Positions 8,675 through 17,615 of a stretch of 62,665 bases of DNA are shown piece by piece. The translations under genes were made by a program, and so were the position numbers. The notes beneath the pieces are model-generated. The model was given only the letters and a program-made list of their open reading frames with translations. It had not been told where the DNA came from and ran no database searches. Source of the DNA: a virus (taxonomy: Duplodnaviria; Caudoviricetes); the IMG/VR virus record IMGVR_UViG_3300018080_000186, positions 1 through 62,665 of that record; one strand, written 5' to 3'. Within the stretch, counting starts at the first letter, position 1; every line of letters starts with the position of its first letter.

Positions 8675-10798
8675 ATGTCCAAGCGGACTGGTCCATTCGG
8701 CATCATCCCCCCAGGGGTTCCCGTCGAGAGAGGTCCCTACCCGGAGACCATCGAGTGGCGGCACACGCACGAGACCACGGACAACCCCGAGTTGTTCATG
8801 GGATGGCTCTCGGACATCCAGGCGTCCCTCGCCCTCGTCGGGCTCTCCATGGTGTCGCAGACCACGGATGGTCGCACAGTCTGGACCGCGGCCGGTCACA
8901 AGGTCGCGGAGCTCGTCACCACCATGGACGGAAAGAAGGGAACCGTCTACGCACGCCCCATCGGGGGGCAGGCCCCGTCCCCGGGGATCCGTGGAAGGGT
9001 CGCTGCAGAGGAGCTGAGGAGGAGCTCGCAGTGGCTCGGCTACGGGCAGAGGACGGCCACGTTGCGTCCAGGCGGAGCAACCCACGTCCCGGCCGAGGAT
9101 CCGACCGACGCGCCGACCTGGGAGTCCACTGAGGTCGGCACCGTCACCGCGGTGTCCACGGCCACGGGGGACGTGACTCTCCGCGCACCGACATGGAGCG
9201 CGGCGACTGGGAAGGCGATGCCGCTGTTCCCGATCCCCGAGGACCTCTATCAGCAGGCCCTGGCAGATCTGAAGGCTGGAAAACTGAAGTACTACGGAGG
9301 CATCGGCCTCGGCGTCCTCGGGGCCCTTGGTGGTGTCGCGACCGCCATGATGAGAAAGAGTCTCGGAACAGCCGGAACGGTGGCCGCTGGAGCCGCGTCC
9401 GTCGGTGGTGTCGGCGGAGGCAGCCTCCTCGCCGTGAACGGGAAGAAGTCGCAGGAAGAGGCCGTGCTCGTCATCGAGCAGTACGAAATGCAGCAGGACT
9501 CGAGTCGGGGCACTTCGGAGATAGAGATCAGTGAGGAGGTCGAGGTTCTGGTACCGGATACCGATTCTGTTCAGGCAGTCGCCGGCGGATCAGCCTTCCG
9601 CGTCCTTCCGGCCGGTGAGATCGTCAACGGCATCGAGTCGCTTCCCGGGGATGCAAAGGTGACCATTCGCGATCTGGAGGTTCCAAGCACGACGTCTCAT
9701 TTCGACTACGATGCCGACGACATCTACGCGAATGTTTACTGGGATGGCGACCGCTCGCTGCTCTTCAGCAACATCCCCAGGGAAGGCCAACTGCTCATTC
9801 GCATCGGAGTCCACAGCAACGGAAACGTTGGGTATGGAGTCGAGGGACATGAGGGGTTTCAGCGGAAGAAGGGGAAGCAGGCCCCGGCATTTCTCGACGG
9901 TGCAATCCTTGCCAACGATCTCATTCAGCAGGGGGATGTGGGAGTGTTTGCGAACGATCTGTTCGCCAAGATCGGGCTCACCTACAACTACGGACTGTGC
10001 ATCGGGGATCGCGGCGGTGGAGCGCAGGATGGGTTCGGCCTTGCCCTGAAGAACTACAGGAGCCCCTGGGAGGTGATCTCTCACTGGGCCGAGCGCACCA
10101 TTGGCATCCTCGTCAAGATTGTCAGCGCATACGTCGGGGCGCAGGCGGCAACGAGTACCATCGGTGAGATGGTTTTCACCGCAGCGATGACTGGCGTGGA
10201 TGCCCTGCAGGTCCTTGCGACGGGAGGATCTCTCAGCGATCTGAAAAACATCGGACTGGGCCTGGCCAAGAAAATGGGGTTGCGACTGTTCCTCGAGTAC
10301 GGACGGGATTTCTGCATCAATGCCAACGAGAAAATACGGGCCGGGTTCTTGGAGCATCTCGGAAGGGAGTCTTCCCTGTACCAGTTCGCCAACTCGTTCT
10401 ACGAAACCATCCAGGACTACAAGAGCTCACTGATGGGCACCGTGGGTGGAATGGACATCTGGGACGAGCTCAAGTACATCCCGCAGTCGATGGGGGTGGC
10501 CGATCATGGTCTTCTGGAGAGAGTCAACGACGTCTGGAGAGAGAAGCAGGCGCTGGCGATCCAGACCTACGAGGACACGATTGTGGCCTATGGGACCTCG
10601 ATGCCCGCAAAGCAGTTGAACTACATCGAGGCGATGAAGCAGAAAATCACTGACAAGATGGGGAGACTGGTCAACGCGCACGAGATGATGATCGCGTCCA
10701 ACCTCAACGGGATGAACGAGAGTTTTCACGGTTACAGCAAGACCCTTATCGACGCTGGAGCACAGTACGACCAGGTCAGGATCGTCCTGTACCGATAG
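8675..10798 (+). CDS. Large membrane-associated protein (707 aa), DNA-delivery candidate
   Basis: Long ORF with a Gly-rich hydrophobic hairpin and a second hydrophobic helical region. Function is inferred only. Confidence 0.6.
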   Translation: MSKRTGPFGIIPPGVPVERGPYPETIEWRHTHETTDNPELFMGWLSDIQASLALVGLSMVSQTTDGRTVWTAAGHKVAELVTTMDGKKGTVYARPIGGQAPSPGIRGRVAAEELRRSSQWLGYGQRTATLRPGGATHVPAEDPTDAPTWESTEVGTVTAVSTATGDVTLRAPTWSAATGKAMPLFPIPEDLYQQALADLKAGKLKYYGGIGLGVLGALGGVATAMMRKSLGTAGTVAAGAASVGGVGGGSLLAVNGKKSQEEAVLVIEQYEMQQDSSRGTSEIEISEEVEVLVPDTDSVQAVAGGSAFRVLPAGEIVNGIESLPGDAKVTIRDLEVPSTTSHFDYDADDIYANVYWDGDRSLLFSNIPREGQLLIRIGVHSNGNVGYGVEGHEGFQRKKGKQAPAFLDGAILANDLIQQGDVGVFANDLFAKIGLTYNYGLCIGDRGGGAQDGFGLALKNYRSPWEVISHWAERTIGILVKIVSAYVGAQAATSTIGEMVFTAAMTGVDALQVLATGGSLSDLKNIGLGLAKKMGLRLFLEYGRDFCINANEKIRAGFLEHLGRESSLYQFANSFYETIQDYKSSLMGTVGGMDIWDELKYIPQSMGVADHGLLERVNDVWREKQALAIQTYEDTIVAYGTSMPAKQLNYIEAMKQKITDKMGRLVNAHEMMIASNLNGMNESFHGYSKTLIDAGAQYDQVRIVLYR

Positions 10799-10807
10799 GA
10801 GAGGAAC

Positions 10808-11221
10808 ATGAGAAGCAACCTGATGACAGCCTACGGAGCTCCTCCTGGAATCCCGGAGGGCTACGAGCTCGAGACGCTGACCACTCCCTATGTCCACGAG
10901 GACGTGAGTGACGCGGTCGACTTCGCGGTGGAGATCCAGAACCTGTCGGACGAGCGTGGGTACGTGGTGCAGGGCATCGAGCCGGTCCAGGATCCCACGA
11001 CGGGCCTCTGGGGGGTCTACGTGGAGTACTGGAGGCCGCCCGTTGGGGCAATCCGTTCGGGAGAGGTGACCCAGGAGCCCGCGGAGATCCTTCGCACCCC
11101 GAGCAACACGACCGAGAAGAAGGGCTGGCCGTGGTACGCCTACGCTGGCATCGGACTGGGAGCCCTCGCCGTCCTGGGCGGTGGCTACCTCATCTACAAG
11201 GGAAGCAAGAAGAGGAGATGA
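10808..11221 (+). CDS. C-terminally anchored membrane protein (paralogue family)
   Basis: MTAYG N-terminus; EKKGWPW, TM helix, then KGSKKRR. Confidence 0.75.
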   Translation: MRSNLMTAYGAPPGIPEGYELETLTTPYVHEDVSDAVDFAVEIQNLSDERGYVVQGIEPVQDPTTGLWGVYVEYWRPPVGAIRSGEVTQEPAEILRTPSNTTEKKGWPWYAYAGIGLGALAVLGGGYLIYKGSKKRR

Positions 11222-11223
11222 CC

Positions 11224-11820
11224 ATGAGAACGGCAGCGTTCCAGAGGAACATGAGGCAGGCTGGAATCCCGTCGCTGTACAGGGGCTACGGCCGTCAGAA
11301 CATGATGAGCTACGACGGGTACGGAGCGTGCAGCGGCTGCGGCCTCGGCCAGGAGAACGGGGAGGTCCCATTCGACCCCAACGCCCCCACCGAGGAGGAG
11401 ATCGCGGCGATGATGGCCGAGCTCCCGCCTCACATCATCGCGGATCCGAAGAAGGGAGTCCTGCTCTACCTGCAGAGTGCGGTGGCTCTCGACAGGGGGA
11501 CCGCAGAGGCGATCAAGCTCGCCGTTCAGCAGGCACTCGAGCACCACGACGTCATGGGTGTCGAGCGAATCGACATCGTCCAGCAGGAAGGCGTCTACTA
11601 CGTCGAGGCCCTGTTCTGGGGCGACATCGACGAGGACATGCTGCAGGGCGGGATCAACGAGTTCGAGATCGCGGAGGGCATCCAGGGCTTCGTGCGACTC
11701 GCCACCGAGGAGGACCGCAAGGTCGAGACGCCGAAGTGGCTGATCTACGGCGGCATCGGCGCGGGCGTGGTGGCCCTGGGTCTCGTGGGCCTGGTCATCT
11801 GGCGTCCCTGGAAGAAGTAG
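11224..11820 (+). CDS. C-terminally anchored membrane protein (paralogue family)
   Basis: YRGYG/YDGYG/GCGLG in the N-terminus; TM helix followed by RPWKK. Confidence 0.75.
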   Translation: MRTAAFQRNMRQAGIPSLYRGYGRQNMMSYDGYGACSGCGLGQENGEVPFDPNAPTEEEIAAMMAELPPHIIADPKKGVLLYLQSAVALDRGTAEAIKLAVQQALEHHDVMGVERIDIVQQEGVYYVEALFWGDIDEDMLQGGINEFEIAEGIQGFVRLATEEDRKVETPKWLIYGGIGAGVVALGLVGLVIWRPWKK

Positions 11821-11829
11821 AGGTCTGAG

Positions 11830-12177
11830 ATGAGGTACGGAGCAAGCATCGACGCAGTGGCCTACGGGCAGATGGACGAGCGCCCCGCAGGACTGGATCC
11901 CTCGTGGGTCCTGAGGACCGAGCGGGACCCGACCGTGAGCGACAGCTACGACGTCGTGGCCGAGCGGATCGCGGCCATGGAGGAGAGGCTGGTCTCGAAG
12001 GGGTGGTACCCGCACGGGTACACCATCCCAGAGAACCCGGACGGGACCTACGGCCCTGCGGAGGTCCAGTATTGGGGTCCTCCCGAGGAGAAGGGTCCGA
12101 ACTGGGGTCTGATCGTCGGGGCTGGCGCGGCCGGCCTCTCGGTCATCGGGATCGTCCTGGCCATCGTGGAGAGCTGA
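11830..12177 (+). CDS. C-terminally anchored membrane protein (paralogue family)
   Basis: AVAYG motif; EEKGPNW followed by a TM helix. Confidence 0.75.
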   Translation: MRYGASIDAVAYGQMDERPAGLDPSWVLRTERDPTVSDSYDVVAERIAAMEERLVSKGWYPHGYTIPENPDGTYGPAEVQYWGPPEEKGPNWGLIVGAGAAGLSVIGIVLAIVES

Positions 12178-12190
12178 GAGGAGGAGCACC

Positions 12191-12829
12191 GTGAAAATAG
12201 TCATGAACGGTCACAACAGCCAGATCCTGACCCCATCGTGGCCCGGGATGAGAGGATACGGCACCGATCCGGTCATCAATCACGGTGCCCCTCAGTCCCC
12301 CCAGGCGGGACCGGACGGGACCTTCAGGCCCGACTGGGGGTCCAGGGGAGCCACGGCCATCCCCAAGAGGCCCACGAGCAGGCCCGAGAGGGGCCTCAGC
12401 GCGTCCGTGGAGGCCCCTGGGGCCACCGAGACGTCCATGGGCACCTCCGACGCCGAGCCGACGCCTCAGGAGATGCTGGAGGCCGTCGCGGAGACGATGG
12501 AGACCATGGAGGAGGGCATCGACCAGGCCACGGCCATCCTCCAGGAGGCGCAGCAGGAGCTCCCCGAGGACGCGGCCGGGGATCAGCCCACGGTCACGGC
12601 GACCGAGCACCCGTACGATGTGCCGAACCCCGAGGTGCAGGCCACCGCCAGCGACGTCCCGAGCGGGGAGTACGTGGGCGGGACGGAGATCGGTCCCGAG
12701 GCCGGCAACGGGGTCACCTACCCCGACACCGAGGAGGAGAAGAGCAGGTGGCCCCTCTACGTGGGCGTCGGGGCCGGGATCGGGCTCCTGGGACTGCTCG
12801 GCCTGGCCGCCTGGGGAGCGAGCAAGTGA
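12191..12829 (+). CDS. Acidic C-terminally anchored membrane protein
   Basis: MRGYG motif; EEKSRWP followed by a TM helix. Confidence 0.7.
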   Translation: MKIVMNGHNSQILTPSWPGMRGYGTDPVINHGAPQSPQAGPDGTFRPDWGSRGATAIPKRPTSRPERGLSASVEAPGATETSMGTSDAEPTPQEMLEAVAETMETMEEGIDQATAILQEAQQELPEDAAGDQPTVTATEHPYDVPNPEVQATASDVPSGEYVGGTEIGPEAGNGVTYPDTEEEKSRWPLYVGVGAGIGLLGLLGLAAWGASK

Positions 12830-12832
12830 TCC

Positions 12833-13093
12833 ATGGCTCGGAAGCGGACCAGGAAGCGCAAGCTCTGCCCCGACGGGGTGGTGAGCGAGTGCGTCTACTG
12901 CGTCGAGCTCCGGGGCGACATCTGGAAGGTACTCGATCCGAGTGGAGCGACAATCGAGGAGTCGAAGAGCCAGCGCAAGGCCATGGGCATTGCGGACAAC
13001 TACATCATCTCGTGCGAGGCATCGAGATCGGGGTACGGGCAGAAGCAGAAGCGAAGGGATTTCAACCATCGGCGGGGGCCGTTCAGGTGGTGA
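12833..13093 (+). CDS. Small basic Cys-containing protein
   Basis: Basic termini, CxxC motif, RSGYG motif. Confidence 0.6.
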   Translation: MARKRTRKRKLCPDGVVSECVYCVELRGDIWKVLDPSGATIEESKSQRKAMGIADNYIISCEASRSGYGQKQKRRDFNHRRGPFRW

Positions 13094-13102
13094 GGTGATG
13101 AC

Positions 13103-13342
13103 GTGGTCAAGCTCTCGTGGCAGATGACGATCCTGTACTCAATCGCAATGATCATCATGGGCACCGTGATCGTGCTCGGGTTCTACAACGAGCAGGCAGC
13201 GGAGATGAGCAAGTATGCCTTCGGGCTCATCGCGGCCCTGCTCGGGTACGGGGGAGGGAAACTGCAGACGGTCTGGGAGATCAAGAAAGGCAACAACGGA
13301 GGAAGCGATGCACGACCTGCACAGCCCACTGAACGGGAGTGA
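13103..13342 (+). CDS. Small two-TM protein (holin-like candidate)
   Basis: Two hydrophobic helices and a charged C-terminal tail. Confidence 0.5.
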   Translation: MVKLSWQMTILYSIAMIIMGTVIVLGFYNEQAAEMSKYAFGLIAALLGYGGGKLQTVWEIKKGNNGGSDARPAQPTERE

Positions 13343-13343
13343 C

Positions 13344-14066
13344 ATGAGGGAGAGCCATCCGAAGGTGACACGCCAGATCCGCGTGAGCCGTTGGTTGGTC
13401 CCCATCGCCGTCATGATCATCGTGACGCTGATGACGTTCATGCTCGGAGGTTGCGGGAGCTGGCTCAACGACACCCGCACCGGACTGCTTGCCGCCAACG
13501 CGAGCCTCAACGCCTACGACGACATCGCGGTGGAGGTCTGGGCCGATGCCCCGACAAACCCCGAGGCGAAGGCCGACCTGGGCATCAGCCTCTGCGCGTG
13601 CCTCATCACCCAGGACTCGCTGATCCAGGCATGGTCCGTGACCACGGCGGTGGACAAGGGCATTCAGAAGGAGGGCGACATCACGCCCTACCTCTCGACG
13701 GCCATCGGGGTGCTTGACTCGCTCGAGGACTACCTCGAGATGGGAGGTGTGCCGATTCCCCAGGCCATCAAGGCGGCCATCGCCTACCTCGAGGGGATGA
13801 ATCCGGGAGGTGTCCTTGCCCCGGACGCGGAGCCTCTCGAGCAGTGCACCGCGATCCTCGAGGAGAAGTTCCCGATGGCCGGCATCGGGAACGTGCCCTG
13901 GGAGACCATCGTGAGCTCGGGCGCGGAGCTCGCGCTGTTCCTGATGCAGATCATCAAGGACAACATCGAGGGCAACGACATCCCGGAGGGCGCCCTGGAG
14001 ACCTACATCCGATCCGTGCTCAAGCAGGCTTCCCTCTACGAGCACTCGCAGGGGGACCCGGAGTAG
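13344..14066 (+). CDS. Putative lipoprotein
   Basis: Hydrophobic signal ending in the lipobox-like MLGGC; helical body. Confidence 0.6.
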   Translation: MRESHPKVTRQIRVSRWLVPIAVMIIVTLMTFMLGGCGSWLNDTRTGLLAANASLNAYDDIAVEVWADAPTNPEAKADLGISLCACLITQDSLIQAWSVTTAVDKGIQKEGDITPYLSTAIGVLDSLEDYLEMGGVPIPQAIKAAIAYLEGMNPGGVLAPDAEPLEQCTAILEEKFPMAGIGNVPWETIVSSGAELALFLMQIIKDNIEGNDIPEGALETYIRSVLKQASLYEHSQGDPE

Positions 14067-14067
14067 G

Positions 14068-14514
14068 ATGCCGCCGAAGTGTACCAGGATCGACCGCGTC
14101 GAGCTCTGCACGACCACCACCGATGTCTGCGTCGAAGGTCCGATCACGAGCAGCGATCAGGTCTACCGGGTCTGCAAGGAGCTGATGATCTGCAACCGGA
14201 TGCAGGAGGAGTTCTGGGTCCTGTGCATCAGTCCCCGCGGCGACATCGTGAGCTACGCCCCCGTGACCAAGGGGACGACCGATGAGACCATGGTCATCCC
14301 CGCGGACGTGATGAGGATCGTTCTCGCCTCTGGGGTTCGCTCCATGATCCTGATCCACAACCACCCGAGCGGAGATCCCCAGCCGTCCGCGCAGGACCGC
14401 CACCTCACCATGAGGATGATGGAGGCGGCGAAGATGGTGGGGTTCACGGTGCTCGATCACATCATCGTGGCCGAGAGCAGCTACATCAGCTTTCGAGACG
14501 AGGGGATGATGTGA
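14068..14514 (+). CDS. RadC-like JAB/MPN domain protein
   Basis: E...HNHPSGDPQPSAQD...LDHII JAB motif. Confidence 0.92.
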   Translation: MPPKCTRIDRVELCTTTTDVCVEGPITSSDQVYRVCKELMICNRMQEEFWVLCISPRGDIVSYAPVTKGTTDETMVIPADVMRIVLASGVRSMILIHNHPSGDPQPSAQDRHLTMRMMEAAKMVGFTVLDHIIVAESSYISFRDEGMM

Positions 14515-15191
14515 TGGCGAGGCGGTTCGACTACTCGACGCTCTACCGCGAGGAGCCGCTCTCGTTCAGAGGATACGGCCAGCCTCAGCGCACGGTTCCG
14601 TGCGGCGAGACTCAGGTGAAGCCCACGCCGAAGAGGAGGGCGCCGGTACCGAAGAGCTACAGGGGGCTCTCGGCCGTCGAGCTCAAGCACTGCGATCTGC
14701 CGGACCACTACTTCGACCGCGAGAACCTGGCCTGGGGCACGCAGGTGGAGTTCGAGCACACCGATGACCCCGCAGTGGCGAAGTGCATCGCGAAGGCCCA
14801 TCTGCTCGAGCGCCCCGACTACTACGATCTGCTCGAGAAGTACGTGGAGGGACACGGCATGAGAGGACTCGAACGCAGACCCACCGGAGAGATCCGTCGG
14901 CCACGCGGGATGGGCAAGAAGCCGAGCTGCAGCCCGGTCGATGCCCAGGCCATGGCAAAGAAGCACCCGAAGACCTTCAAGGTGCCGAGCAAGGCCAAGC
15001 TCAAGAAGATCAAGAAGGGCGACACGGTGAAGATCACGGTGGCCGACGAGAGGTTCTGGGTCACGGTCACGAGCGTGAAGGGCAACAAGGTCTGCGGAAA
15101 GGTCGACAACGAGACCTCGGGCGAATGCAAGAAGTTCACCTACGGCAAGAAGGTGTGCTTCAAGAAGAAGAACATCTACGACGTCTGGTGA
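14514..15191 (+). CDS. Two-domain protein: DUF5661-like plus DUF2314-like
   Basis: G.QVEFEHTDD..VA..IA..HL.E.PDYY module, and DAQAM.K.HP.TF.VP...ERFWV...G.VDN module, separated by an MRGL/RGMG linker. Confidence 0.6.
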   Translation: MARRFDYSTLYREEPLSFRGYGQPQRTVPCGETQVKPTPKRRAPVPKSYRGLSAVELKHCDLPDHYFDRENLAWGTQVEFEHTDDPAVAKCIAKAHLLERPDYYDLLEKYVEGHGMRGLERRPTGEIRRPRGMGKKPSCSPVDAQAMAKKHPKTFKVPSKAKLKKIKKGDTVKITVADERFWVTVTSVKGNKVCGKVDNETSGECKKFTYGKKVCFKKKNIYDVW

Positions 15192-15195
15192 GAGA

Positions 15196-16089
15196 GTGGA
15201 CAGAGACGGACAGATCGGTAGCTTCATCGGACTCGGCCTGACCGGTGCGTTCACCATCGGTAGCCTCGCGGCCCTGGTCCATGCCCGCAGTCGAGACGAG
15301 GCCGGGAAGATCGACCGGTGCCAGAGCTTCTACTCCGGCGAGGTGCCCGGGTACGACACGGAGCCTGGTCGTGACTACCTCGTGCTCGTGCAGGTCGACG
15401 GGATGATGCAGCCGGTCTGCGATGCCGTCGCGATCTGGTTCGGGAGCAGCGGTGAGGATGCCCGGTTCGTCTACGATCTGGGCAGGAGCGCGGGGGCCCT
15501 GCCTCCCCTCGGCGCCCTGCTCGCGGTCGGCCACCATCGCAGGAGCGGATCGCACTACCTGGGCAAGAAGGGGCCCATGCGCGGCTTCAACCTCTGGGGC
15601 CAGATGGCCGGGAAGAAGTGGCGCGAGGACGGCAAGCCGTTCGTGGCCTCCCATGGATCCGAGTTCGAGATCCGTGCTGGGGCATCCCAGGTCTCGGGGC
15701 CCTTCAAGAAGTTCTTCGACACCCCGGAGGAGAGCATCGGGGACTTCCTGGGCGCGTTGCGGAACAACTGGCCGCAGGCCTACGACGAGCTCAAGAGAAA
15801 GCAGCCGAATCCCTACGCCTACACCTGGTACCTGCAGGGGGCCCACTCGGTCTACGGTGGCAACTACGCCTCGACGCTCAAGGACGCGGGCGGGCCCTGG
15901 CTGATGGGCACGAGCATCGTCAGCAAGCTCAAGGCCGCCGCCGAGGCCCTGTACCAGGAGGCTTCCTACAACGGCCTCGTGGAGTGGGCAGAGTCGCTCC
16001 CAGAGCTCTCCTACCAGGAGGCCCTGGCCCTGGATGCGGAGTTCCCTGACCGGTCGGGTCCCTACCCCCTTGGAGGAGATCTACCATGA
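15196..16089 (+). CDS. GH73 glucosaminidase-like protein with N-terminal membrane anchor
   Basis: FNLWG..., F..F.TPEESIGD, and YAS motifs of FlgJ-type muramidases. The usual catalytic Glu is not obvious. Confidence 0.55.
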   Translation: MDRDGQIGSFIGLGLTGAFTIGSLAALVHARSRDEAGKIDRCQSFYSGEVPGYDTEPGRDYLVLVQVDGMMQPVCDAVAIWFGSSGEDARFVYDLGRSAGALPPLGALLAVGHHRRSGSHYLGKKGPMRGFNLWGQMAGKKWREDGKPFVASHGSEFEIRAGASQVSGPFKKFFDTPEESIGDFLGALRNNWPQAYDELKRKQPNPYAYTWYLQGAHSVYGGNYASTLKDAGGPWLMGTSIVSKLKAAAEALYQEASYNGLVEWAESLPELSYQEALALDAEFPDRSGPYPLGGDLP

Positions 16090-16895
16090 GCGGGTACTCG
16101 GGATCGTCCGGCAAGGACAGGTGGCCATCGGTCAAGGCCGCGATCAAGGCCGGCAAGAGCTCCACGGCGCACAAGAGGATCAGCAACTGCGTTCCCAAGA
16201 CGCTGCAGTGGACCTCCCTGTTCAACCAGTACCGCAAGGACATCCCTCTGGCCTTCATGGTCGTCAAGGCGGCCTTCGAGTCGTGCGGGAAGGCGGATGC
16301 CCTGACGAAGAGCGGGAAGGACATCGGTCTGTTCCAGCTCTTTCCCATCCACTTCGAGAGAAACGGGCTGACCCCGACGCAGGGACTCGATCCGGCCAAC
16401 AACACCAGGATCTTCGTGAAGGTGCTCGATGGGAGAGCAGCCTCGTTCGAGAAGAGCCACGGGTCCTGGTTCCCCAACGGCCGGGACTGGTCCTTCTGGG
16501 GCATCATGTGGCTCACCGCGGGCATCGGACCCGGGGCGACCCGTCACCTGCTCAACCAGGTCAGCCAGGGTCCTGGGGCCTTCAACAAAATCGTCTCGTT
16601 CGTGAGCTCCCACCCGGGATGGATGGAGGAGTACGCGCAGGACGCGAAGTGGGGAGTGCAGAGCGGCCGGCTCGTCGCGTTCCGGGTCATGGTGGCCTGG
16701 GACGTGGTGGGGGAGATCCGAAAGCTCGAGGCGAGCGGCGAGCTCGAGGAGTACGTCACGCAACCCGTTCCTGGGGTACCTCGTGGAGGTGACCTGGGGC
16801 GCATCTTCGGCATCACCCTCGCGGTCCTCGGATCTGCGAGTTCAGCAGCTCTGGTGGGATGGACCGCCTACCAGGGCCTGAGGAGGAAGAGATGA
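16086..16895 (+). CDS. Membrane-anchored lytic transglycosylase (SLT domain)
   Basis: FES...GLFQ...DPANN SLT motifs; C-terminal TM helix followed by RRKR. Confidence 0.8.
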   Translation: MSGYSGSSGKDRWPSVKAAIKAGKSSTAHKRISNCVPKTLQWTSLFNQYRKDIPLAFMVVKAAFESCGKADALTKSGKDIGLFQLFPIHFERNGLTPTQGLDPANNTRIFVKVLDGRAASFEKSHGSWFPNGRDWSFWGIMWLTAGIGPGATRHLLNQVSQGPGAFNKIVSFVSSHPGWMEEYAQDAKWGVQSGRLVAFRVMVAWDVVGEIRKLEASGELEEYVTQPVPGVPRGGDLGRIFGITLAVLGSASSAALVGWTAYQGLRRKR

Positions 16896-17605
16896 GATTC
16901 GGAGCATTCAGACCCCGACGGCCGGCACTGCCTCGCCGCCCCGGCTACTACAACAAGGATCGCGATGGATTCCCCACCAATCCGGTGATGGGAGTGCCCG
17001 AGATCCCGGGGGGCCAGGTCTCATACGGGCCCCACCCCGACGCCATGTGGCCGACCGAAGTGCTTCCTCCCGGCCCTGGGGTTCCGTGCCCGCCGGGGAT
17101 GCAGTGGACCTCGGCCGACCGCAAGTGCACACCGATGCAGCCTCAGTACTCGGGCCTCGGCGCCATCGCGAGAACGGCCCCGCATCAGGGGATGGCCACC
17201 ATGCCGAACTACTGGGCCCGCAACGCCTACAACCGCCAGGCCAACGTCAGGGCCTTCGGCGGGTACGGTGGATACCTGAGCCCCAACGTGGGCAAGGAGT
17301 GGCAGTGGGACTCGTTCGCGGTCGCTCTCGCGGCCATGGCGGCCACCGCCTCGGTGGGCCTCGCCGGCGCGGCCATTGCTCACCCCCAGAAGAAGGGTGG
17401 AGGACGCGGGAAGATGTCACGCACCATCATCCCGTTCGTGCTCCCGAGTCTGGGGGCCGGCGTGATCGCCTACCTGCTCCGATGGAACATGAACAAGGGA
17501 GAGCCCTGCAACGGGGATCGGGTGGATCAGTTGCCGGGACCGAGCACCGTGGGCCGCACTCGCACCGGAACGGTGGACACGGCCTACGAGCCAGAACTGA
17601 TCTGA
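16892..17605 (+). CDS. Pro-rich two-TM membrane protein
   Basis: YSGLG and FGGYG motifs precede two TM helices. Confidence 0.65.
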   Translation: MRFGAFRPRRPALPRRPGYYNKDRDGFPTNPVMGVPEIPGGQVSYGPHPDAMWPTEVLPPGPGVPCPPGMQWTSADRKCTPMQPQYSGLGAIARTAPHQGMATMPNYWARNAYNRQANVRAFGGYGGYLSPNVGKEWQWDSFAVALAAMAATASVGLAGAAIAHPQKKGGGRGKMSRTIIPFVLPSLGAGVIAYLLRWNMNKGEPCNGDRVDQLPGPSTVGRTRTGTVDTAYEPELI

Positions 17606-17615
17606 GGAGGACAAC

